DNA from: an uncultured Clostridia bacterium
GTDB lineage: Bacteria; Bacillota; Clostridia; TANB77; CAG-508
Length of the DNA stretch: 64,000 nt
Direction: 5' to 3'
NCBI GenBank assembly: GCA_934167495.1
Contig: CAKPKP010000005.1
Coordinates: 19,451 to 83,450 of the forward strand
The translations under genes were made by a program, and so were the position numbers. This document shows, in pieces, positions 8,966 to 16,394 of this stretch. How positions within the stretch are numbered: the stretch's first letter is position 1; each line of letters begins with the position of its first letter. The notes beneath the pieces were generated by a model. That model had not been told where the DNA came from and did not search any database. It was given only the letters and a program-made list of their open reading frames with translations.

Positions 8966-10729
8966 TCAACCATAGTTATAGATATTGTTCTTATTGTAAA
9001 TTTTGAAACCACGCCCAGTAAACTGAAGTCTAGAGCTTTCATCAACAACACTACAATTGAATTCCTTTGCAGTATTTTTAACGATATTAGTTCCGATAAT
9101 CTTGCCATCTGCCGGATCATAAATAGTGTTGTTGTAAAAATCAATATTTCCCAGTGGCTGAGCATTATACATGATAACATCATCATCATATTCAATGCAA
9201 TTCTTGTTAAATACTATTGTACGATACTTACCATTGGAAAGCTGATATACAAACAACCATTTCTGAGTAACACGATCATACTTGATAGCATACTCATTAA
9301 TTCTTCCATTGTAATCTACCTTGAAAGTATAATCCGGAGTTGTAATTATTGCAGTCTTAGGATACATAGATACGATAAATACTTTGCCATCATCCGATGC
9401 TTCAAAGAACGGATTATACACCTGTCCCAAATAGTTCGGCATATTTCCACTCTTAGTGATAGAAAGTCTGACCAAATTATTGCCTTTATCCACATAATAC
9501 AGGTTTCTATCTTTTACAAGATAGTTAGACTTATGCATACGTTCGATAGTGGCTGTAACCTGATTATTCTCATCATACACCTGAATTGAATCATCATCAA
9601 TAACAAAGACAACCTTACCATCATTAGAGAAATCTACTCTCTTGCCTCTTTCAACTACAAACTTTCTTCCAGTTTCAAAATGAACAGCCTCATTGCTTCT
9701 GTTAAGATAATGCACATTGCTTAATACGTATGCACAATCCACACCAGCAAATATAACTGTAATCTGAGGTCCATTTGCAGTCTGGGTAACCTTTGCCACA
9801 ATAGGTGCTATCTTGACCTTCGCATTCTCGTTACAAAGTGAACACTCATTGAACTTTGAGTAATAATAAATATCGTGAATGCTACAATACTTCATATTTT
9901 TAAGAAGTTCCTGAAGATCTGCTGTGATGTCAATTTTCTTTCCCTGCTCAAAGATTTCAAGAAAATCCTTTTCAAGCTGAGGCGACATCCATTTCCAACT
10001 GCCGATAATTTTTGGAATTTTAATATCTCCCTTGTGCTTGCCCACAATTGATATTTTCCTTTTCATTCTCTCTATAGTAGAAAGGTTTTTATCAGGAAGA
10101 TATGTTCCACCGAAAGGATGGATTCTCGTAAGCATATTGAATGCAAGAATAGCAAAGTTGTAGTTTTCATTTTCCATAGAAAAATTAATACTGCCACTTG
10201 AAGAATAACTGTCGGGGCATGTGAAAAGTTCTGTATAAGCGTCGGGAGTATATTTTCCTTCAATCCCCCAACTATCAACATCAATAAAGTAATCACACTT
10301 TCCATTAATCTGGAAGTTATAATCACTTACATCTCCGACAATAATGCCTGTAGAGTGCAATTTGCCTAAATCTTTGCCTAAATCTGTAATTATCTGCAAT
10401 ACATCCTGATTTGACAAGTGTGCAGCAGTAAGATACTTTGGTTTAGTAAGCATATGCAAATCTTCGACATCAACAAGTTTTCTCATTGCATAACCAACAA
10501 ACTTGCCCTGAACTGTTACCACTTCTTCCGGACCAATCACATTTTTAGGCAACTGATCTTTAATTGAAATGAAATAGTTTACCTTTTCCTTTTTCCGTGC
10601 CAAATCTACATTAGGTTTAAAAACCTTGATAACTCTTTTCGAGTCATATTCGTATATAGTCGCTTCTCCGCCTTCTGCCAATTTGTTAAGGCTTTCAACA
10701 CGGCTTCGACTAGTAAAATTAATAGCCAT
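8966..10729 (-). CDS. Hanks-type Ser/Thr protein kinase with a roughly 400-aa C-terminal beta-propeller-like region (kinase of a TerY-P-like triad)
   Basis: Gly-loop LAEGGEATIYEY, beta3 Lys VIKVFK, catalytic loop LHSTGIIVGDVSDYNF (D-x4-N), DFG-like FIDVDSWG. The C-terminal half shows repetitive beta-strand-like segments. Confidence 0.65.
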   Translation of the reverse strand: MAINFTSRSRVESLNKLAEGGEATIYEYDSKRVIKVFKPNVDLARKKEKVNYFISIKDQLPKNVIGPEEVVTVQGKFVGYAMRKLVDVEDLHMLTKPKYLTAAHLSNQDVLQIITDLGKDLGKLHSTGIIVGDVSDYNFQINGKCDYFIDVDSWGIEGKYTPDAYTELFTCPDSYSSSGSINFSMENENYNFAILAFNMLTRIHPFGGTYLPDKNLSTIERMKRKISIVGKHKGDIKIPKIIGSWKWMSPQLEKDFLEIFEQGKKIDITADLQELLKNMKYCSIHDIYYYSKFNECSLCNENAKVKIAPIVAKVTQTANGPQITVIFAGVDCAYVLSNVHYLNRSNEAVHFETGRKFVVERGKRVDFSNDGKVVFVIDDDSIQVYDENNQVTATIERMHKSNYLVKDRNLYYVDKGNNLVRLSITKSGNMPNYLGQVYNPFFEASDDGKVFIVSMYPKTAIITTPDYTFKVDYNGRINEYAIKYDRVTQKWLFVYQLSNGKYRTIVFNKNCIEYDDDVIMYNAQPLGNIDFYNNTIYDPADGKIIGTNIVKNTAKEFNCSVVDESSRLQFTGRGFKIYNKNNIYNYG

Positions 10730-10741
10730 TTCAATACCTCC

Positions 10742-11668
10742 TTAGAAGCAGATTGAAATATCATCATGGAACATCTCATTTTTAAGATTATTCCTATTAA
10801 TGAGTTTTTCAATCTGAGGTCCTTTACCTTCATGTAAAAACTTCATCAATTTTGACTTTTCAAGCTCCAGAAGATTTTCCGAATATCTTAATCCATCGCT
10901 CGCAACTCCGACATTAGAATATTCGGATTTGCTAAAACGAGTTACCTTAAAGCTCACGCCTTCTTTGTACTCTTTGAGAGCGGATTTGTCTGTTATAAAA
11001 TTGTAGATGTAGTAGCAAGGATATTCACCATCATGGAGTTCATCAAAGAAGATTCCTTCCTCATTTTCCTTAATGATGTATCCATCACCACAGCTATATA
11101 CAACAAACTCATCCTCTAACTCAAAACATACCAGAATCGTAAAACAGTAATTCTGAAAAATGAAAGATGTATCACTACAGAGCTCCAGCATCTTCTCAAA
11201 AATGCTATTTACAATTTCGATAAAGTTTTCCTCACATATTGATTCACCTTTATCAAAGTATTCTTTTGATTTTCTGGCAAAAAGTTGCCCGAAAAGCCTT
11301 GTTCCAACCTCAGAGTGTTTACCAGAGCCACAACCATCTGTTACAATCTTCATATTAAGAAGATTAAATGCAAAATCATGATTATTCATGTTTGCAAATT
11401 TATGGTCCGAGCCCATTTTACAAACTCTGATAGTTGTCCTTTTAGGATGTTCCTTTGATGCAATTTCTTCAGATTCGACTGTTTCGAGTTCAGTTGCAGT
11501 TACACTCTCGGTTTCTACAACTACCTGGGTAGTATTCTTTGTAGACTCACTTTCTACCACAGTAGTTTCACTACTTACATTGGTTGTTTCTGTTATTTCC
11601 GAGACTTTTTCATCCATAGGTGGATTTTTGGCAGTCCGGAAATTTTCTAAAATTGATTTCATATACAT
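10742..11668 (-). CDS. PP2C-family protein phosphatase with a disordered N-terminus rich in Ser, Thr and Glu
   Basis: VTDGCGSG, VYSCGDGYII and VGVASDGL correspond to PP2C motifs. About 80 aa of low-complexity TETTNVSSETTVVESESTK... at the N-terminus. Only 12-nt gap to the kinase gene. Confidence 0.65.
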   Translation of the reverse strand: MYMKSILENFRTAKNPPMDEKVSEITETTNVSSETTVVESESTKNTTQVVVETESVTATELETVESEEIASKEHPKRTTIRVCKMGSDHKFANMNNHDFAFNLLNMKIVTDGCGSGKHSEVGTRLFGQLFARKSKEYFDKGESICEENFIEIVNSIFEKMLELCSDTSFIFQNYCFTILVCFELEDEFVVYSCGDGYIIKENEEGIFFDELHDGEYPCYYIYNFITDKSALKEYKEGVSFKVTRFSKSEYSNVGVASDGLRYSENLLELEKSKLMKFLHEGKGPQIEKLINRNNLKNEMFHDDISICF

Positions 11669-11677
11669 TACCTCCTA

Positions 11678-11712
11678 TAGAAAAAGAGGGATTGCACTGC
11701 AACCCCTCTCAG
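11678..11712 (-). terminator. Internal stem-loop plus T-run (attenuator or partial terminator) between the vWA and PP2C genes
   Basis: Minus-strand reading gagaggggttgcagtgcaatccctctttttc: stem AGAGGG(g)TTGCA / TGCAA(t)CCCTCT followed by TTTTT. Confidence 0.4.
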
Positions 11713-11751
11713 ACTTTAGTTATTGTTGTTAACTTGCAGATTGTCTACTTC

Positions 11752-12453
11752 TTATACGTCGAAGAATCCGCCGTCATCGTTTCCGCCTGCACCAGAACTT
11801 GCCTTCTTAGATGCTGAAATAGCACTCTTGGAAACAAGATCGATTACTCTACGGAGTTCACTCTCATCATTGCTTACTTCCTTAACATTGTTCTTCTTAA
11901 CACCGATAGAATCAGCAACTCCGAAAGCTCCCTGTCCAAAAGCGATGAAAGCTACCGTGATTTCCTTAGAAATCAAATCCTGAATAGCCTGACGTGCATC
12001 GCTTGCACGATACTGTGAACCATAATCTTCTCCATCCGACAGAATAATCAAACATGCACGGGCATTTGTACCATTGTTTTTCAACTGATCCATATAGTCC
12101 AGCATACGCTGACGTCTGTCGATGATAGCATCATACAATCTTGTACAACCGCCTGCAGAATAATCAGTATTGAAATCCTCAGGGGCTACATAGCCACCGG
12201 TCTCAATTGTAGATTCGAAAACAGTTTTGCTTACAAGCATTTCATCGGACTGTTTGGAATTTGAGATTGCTTCCTTGTAGTGCTCAAGGCACTCGCACAT
12301 TGCTCTCTCATACGGATCCATTGAGCCGCTGCCATCGATAAGAAAATCGACAAGCATAACGCTTGGGGATACGACGTCATCAACGTCCATGTTTGTTGCA
12401 TAGGTTTCGTCCAAACCGTCGATTGTAATGTTGTCCAAATATTCTTCGCTCAT
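11752..12453 (-). CDS. vWA (von Willebrand factor A) domain protein, TerY-like
   Basis: MIDAS motif LVDFLIDGSGSM (DxSxS) near the N-terminus. Length and order (vWA, PP2C, kinase) match the TerY-P triad. Confidence 0.7.
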   Translation of the reverse strand: MSEEYLDNITIDGLDETYATNMDVDDVVSPSVMLVDFLIDGSGSMDPYERAMCECLEHYKEAISNSKQSDEMLVSKTVFESTIETGGYVAPEDFNTDYSAGGCTRLYDAIIDRRQRMLDYMDQLKNNGTNARACLIILSDGEDYGSQYRASDARQAIQDLISKEITVAFIAFGQGAFGVADSIGVKKNNVKEVSNDESELRRVIDLVSKSAISASKKASSGAGGNDDGGFFDV

Positions 12454-12476
12454 AGTGTAATCCTCCTCATTATTGT

Positions 12477-13391
12477 TTAAAACTGAATATCTGTTGACTT
12501 GGCAAACTTGATGCCGTAGGAATTCTTAAAGTTGTCAAACGCTGCCACCGTATCTGCTTCAAAACCAGTAATTGGAGAAGTACAATCCTCCAAAATGGTA
12601 ATCTTCTGAGTAACCTCAGGACGGTTAGCAAAGTGTTCTGCGATCTGTTTAACTGATTCCATAAGGCAATGGCTTGCCGCTTCACCTACAACGTAGATCT
12701 CATCATACTTCTCGATAGCCGTGAGAACAGGCGTATTCAAGAAGTTTTTCTTGCTGTATTCCGGCTTAATGATACCATACATTTCACTGTACGGATCTTC
12801 ACCCTTAGGTATCATGTGGTCAACACACTTACGAGCTACAGAATGGAAATAAACCATCTTTGCGAATTCGTTTTCGAGTGAGTTGCCCTCTGTACCTTTG
12901 ATGCAGTGATAAGGCCAGATACAAAGCTGTTTCTTACCGGCTCCGACCTTTTCCAGTTCTTTCAGATACTGAATAGAATCTTTCGGGTTACCAATAACGG
13001 GACGCCAACGATTGTTCACAACATCATCGTAGGTAATAACTGTATAAGGGTCCGGATGATCACCTGCAGAATTTACCCACCAACAAGGATGGAAAATCTG
13101 GTGCGCGATATGAGTATCCAGACTGCACATAATACTTGAAATTCCCTCAATGTTGTTGTAAATGAAACGTGTCATACGTTCCACATCGCCGATAGATCCA
13201 GGAACTGCCAAAGCACCGCCTTCGATGAAATCCTTCTGAACATCAATGCACAAAAGCAAACGCCGAGGAGAATCATCAATTGATGCCGTAAACCGTTCCT
13301 GTTCTGCCATAGCAAAGATGGCGTTCATGTCTGTTGCAGAATGCTGACCAATCTTGGTAACATCTACAATCTGTTCGTAATTTGTCTTCAT
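12477..13391 (-). CDS. Isochorismatase-family cysteine hydrolase, nicotinamidase (PncA)-like, enlarged to 304 aa
   Basis: LLLCIDVQKDF (catalytic Asp), later Lys, and VVGEAASHCLMES (catalytic Cys). CSLDTHIAHQIFH matches the PncA metal-binding D-x-H-x3-H...H pattern. Confidence 0.6.
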   Translation of the reverse strand: MKTNYEQIVDVTKIGQHSATDMNAIFAMAEQERFTASIDDSPRRLLLCIDVQKDFIEGGALAVPGSIGDVERMTRFIYNNIEGISSIMCSLDTHIAHQIFHPCWWVNSAGDHPDPYTVITYDDVVNNRWRPVIGNPKDSIQYLKELEKVGAGKKQLCIWPYHCIKGTEGNSLENEFAKMVYFHSVARKCVDHMIPKGEDPYSEMYGIIKPEYSKKNFLNTPVLTAIEKYDEIYVVGEAASHCLMESVKQIAEHFANRPEVTQKITILEDCTSPITGFEADTVAAFDNFKNSYGIKFAKSTDIQF

Positions 13392-13538
13392 GTGAATACC
13401 TCCTTGAACTAAAGTTGATTAATAAATTTTTGCTAGTCAGTTGACTGCTGTTTGCCTCAAATCTCATTGTGTACCTCCTTAAATGTAAATGAGACAACAG
13501 TTTTGAATGCAAAGCAATCATTTATTGACATGTCAGTT

Positions 13539-13567
13539 ATTATACCATAGATAACATAAAAAGTAAA
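13539..13567 (-). promoter_or_regulatory. Candidate sigma-A promoter (TTTACT-17-TGgTATAAT) for the nicotinamidase-vWA-PP2C-kinase unit, with a roughly 150-nt leader
   Basis: Minus-strand reading tttactttttatgttatctatggTATAATaactg; extended -10 TGn. Confidence 0.35.
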
Positions 13568-13635
13568 TAGTTATGTTAATTTTTACAATTTTCTTTGATA
13601 TTTGCACTATTTGTTAAGTTTACATTTTAAATAAA

Positions 13636-13664
13636 GCTAGCCCACTTTAATAAAGTAGGCTAGC
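13636..13664 (-). terminator. Stem-loop terminator after the NAMPT-like gene
   Basis: gctagcccactttaataaagtaggctagc (GCTAGCC stems) followed on the minus strand by a T-rich stretch. Confidence 0.45.
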
Positions 13665-13696
13665 ACAAAATAAAATTATTTAGAAAATATTAACTC

Positions 13697-15256
13697 TTAG
13701 AACTTGCCGTTATAAACTCTCACGGATTCACTTGCAACTCTTTCTCTGATTTGATCGAAAGTCTGAGTGCGAACGAAATTTCCGTTAACAAAAACATCTT
13801 CAAGCTGGTTTCCTTCAACATTTTTGATAGTTTCAGGTGTGAGATTATCAATGAGCTTGTAATCTCCATCTTCAAAAACGACGGCAACCAAGCCTTTCTG
13901 AGACTTCTTGAATTTGTCCGAATCTGTCGCAGGGTCCTTATAAATTGCTCTAAATTCCCCATTAACAACTTCAGCTGTTCCCTTCAATGCAAAACCTAAG
14001 GTATCACGTGTCATATACTGGTATGTATAAGAACCAATACCTAAGCCAACACTTACAGTAACGAATTCTTTTTCCATCAAGACTTTGCAAATTGCCTCTG
14101 CTCTTTCAGGAGTAATAGAATCTCCGTAAACAGAACCAATATGAGGATCAATGTCAATGAATCCTTTTTCGTTTTTCGTACCGCCAAATATCTCATACAG
14201 ACGCTGAATCAAACCTTTATTGATTGTTTCAGCAAAGCCCTTTAAACGTTCATCCACATTTTCCTCAGTTGCATCTTTATCTCCGCAAATGATTTTAATG
14301 GGATCGCCGGAGTCAGGTCTGATATTGACCTTTCCATGACGTTTCATAATGGCCTCTTTAACCTCAGAATCTGTCAAAACATTGTCAACAAGATTCCACA
14401 GATTGTATGTATCGGATACGATTGTAACAGTTCCACTCGGATACACATCTGTAACCAGTCTTAAAATAGCATTCTTTTCATCACGCCCATAAGACTCCAT
14501 TACACTATGCTCTGTTGAAGGAGCATAAGCGATAACATTCGGATTAGCATCGTAATACGCCATAAGGTAATTTCTCGCAGGAATCGTTGCAGAACCACCG
14601 AAACTTAACAAATGGCCGGGTGTAGAACGATATGCAGCCTCAGGGCTACCCATGCCACGCATAGAAAAGTCTCCACCCTGATTGAAAACTCTTTTTTCCT
14701 GATTGCATCCAGTCAGTTTAGCATAATGAGTAAGAATTCTCTTATACTTATCTGCTATAGTTGCATCCGTCATTGGCTGCCAAATAAGGCAAGATACCGG
14801 TGTTTCCAAGTAACCAGTAAACCAGAAAAACTCAGGTAGAGTATTCTCGATGGTAAACATAGGAACTCCGATAGGTACAAATGTACCTTCTTTTAGAGCT
14901 TTCACTTTAATAGGTAAATAACCTAACTTGTGAAGTTTCTCAAAATGAGAATAGTCATAGTTCTTTACCATTTCAGGATTTGTAACTGAGAATGTACCGC
15001 TGAGGCTTTCTGTGATTTCCTCCATCACAACGTCAAGAGGTCTTTCAAAAAAGCCTTTCTGCCACTTCCAGTAAAGTGTTGAGAGTGCACCCTGCAGACC
15101 AAAGAACACAGCATGGCTTACGCCTTCAATCCGAGATTTTCTTGGTGTCCATGTTTCATAAGTCCATTCCAGACCATTAGGATACTGATCCTTATGACAG
15201 AATTTGTATCCATCTGTCAGTAAAGCGGGGTTTTCAATCATTTCGTTAAACATCAT
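13697..15256 (-). CDS. Nicotinamide phosphoribosyltransferase family protein (NAMPT/NadV homologue; possibly a Namat-like enzyme)
   Basis: Collinear matches to NAMPT blocks: [10 protein letters not shown] vs [33 protein letters not shown] vs [35 protein letters not shown] vs [23 protein letters not shown] vs LIIRPDSGNP. 519 aa. Confidence 0.85.
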   Translation of the reverse strand: [519 protein letters not shown]

Positions 15257-15276
15257 AAAGCATTCCTCCTTTTTAA

Positions 15277-16095
15277 TTACCTGTTTACATAGCCAATTAC
15301 ATCAACATCCATATACTTGATATTAGGATGTTCTTTACACATAATGGATGTACTTGTGTAAACTTTACTGATAGTTGAATCTTCGGTGAGAAGTTTTCCA
15401 TCGAAAATCGTTTCTTCGCAATGAGAAACAACCAAGTAAACTTCGCTTGCTCCCAAAGATTTCAGGATACTTCCTGCCCAAGCAAAAGTTCCTCCTTTAG
15501 AACAAAGGTCATCAATAATGATACACTTTGAACCAGGATTAACTGTTCCTTCCTTGAGACGCATATTCTCGATATTGCCGGTTATAGGATTACGCTTTTT
15601 CTCCATAATGCAGATATTAGCATAATCACTATCAGCATATCTTGCCGCAGCTCCTTTGTCAGGAAATACAACATGATCTTGCTCTGTAAAACCAATTTCC
15701 TTCTGAACTTCGGGTAACCAATCCTTTACAGGATAAATTGCAGTTGCTCTTTCCAGAAGTTCCATTGTTTTGCCAGAATGTGGCTCCATTACAACGATTT
15801 TTGCAAAATTAAGCCAATTGATGAAGTTGCAGACATATTGGAGAGTAAATAAATCTCCTTCAATCTTACGATCCATGCGACTGTATGGCATATACCATAT
15901 AAAAAGTGTACAGGGAACGTTGAACTCATCAATTCGTTTCTTTACAAACATCAAAGTAATGAGATCCGCATCGGTTGTGAACTTGAATTCGAGAACATTT
16001 TCTCCATCTATGATGGATTTCTCAAAATCTTTGACTTTGGTTTCGTTGTTAGGAAACCGCTCTGTAAGAAGTTTTGTACCATTGAGTATAAGCAT
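15277..16095 (-). CDS. Ribose-phosphate pyrophosphokinase (PRPP synthetase) homologue, short and divergent (Prs/Adps-like)
   Basis: YMPYSRMDRK vs canonical PYFGYARQDRR. IIIDDLCSKGGT vs the PRPP-binding loop VLVDDMIDTGGT. The canonical DLHA motif is replaced by EPHSG. 272 aa vs about 315 for canonical Prs. 20-nt gap to the NAMPT-like gene. Confidence 0.7.
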   Translation of the reverse strand: MLILNGTKLLTERFPNNETKVKDFEKSIIDGENVLEFKFTTDADLITLMFVKKRIDEFNVPCTLFIWYMPYSRMDRKIEGDLFTLQYVCNFINWLNFAKIVVMEPHSGKTMELLERATAIYPVKDWLPEVQKEIGFTEQDHVVFPDKGAAARYADSDYANICIMEKKRNPITGNIENMRLKEGTVNPGSKCIIIDDLCSKGGTFAWAGSILKSLGASEVYLVVSHCEETIFDGKLLTEDSTISKVYTSTSIMCKEHPNIKYMDVDVIGYVNR

Positions 16096-16182
16096 AAGCT
16101 GATACCTCCTAAAAATATTTTGTTTTAGTGTTTTGTAAGGAAATATTGTTTTCCATACTTAGTAACACAAAACTTATATAAA

Positions 16183-16211
16183 ATTATATCAAAATTTACA
16201 TAAATTTGCAA
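16183..16211 (-). promoter_or_regulatory. Near-consensus sigma-A promoter (TTGCAA-17-TATAAT) for the prs-like/NAMPT-like unit
   Basis: Minus-strand reading ttgcaaatttatgtaaattttgaTATAAT. Located about 90 nt upstream of the prs-like start. Confidence 0.5.
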
Positions 16212-16257
16212 TAGGCTAATTTCCACTCTAATTCAGTTATATTAAGCAGTTTAAAAA

Positions 16258-16286
16258 TTGACATAATATAAAAATGATGTTATAAT
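16258..16286 (+). promoter_or_regulatory. Consensus sigma-A promoter (TTGACA-17-TATAAT) for nadE, divergent from the prs-like promoter
   Basis: ttgacataatataaaaatgatgtTATAAT; about 105-nt 5' UTR ending in an AAGGAGG RBS. Confidence 0.55.
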
Positions 16287-16394
16287 ATGGCACAAGTGTT
16301 TTTATATAGCTATCAGCAATTATAGATAGCCTAAAAAACAAAGCCAAAAATATGTTGTTACTATTAAATCACAATTTTAAGGAGGTTTTTCATT

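Noticed and set aside
8962-9195. 77-aa minus-strand ORF overlapping the 3' end of the kinase gene
   Set aside because: Alternative frame of the same strand inside a well-supported 587-aa CDS.
12470-12685. 71-aa ORF overlapping the nicotinamidase-like gene end
   Set aside because: Out-of-frame overlap with a motif-supported CDS; no independent support.
16290-16394. Possible NAD+ or other riboswitch in the nadE leader
   Set aside because: The leader shows no obvious conserved stem architecture. It cannot be excluded without a covariance-model scan, so it is not called.
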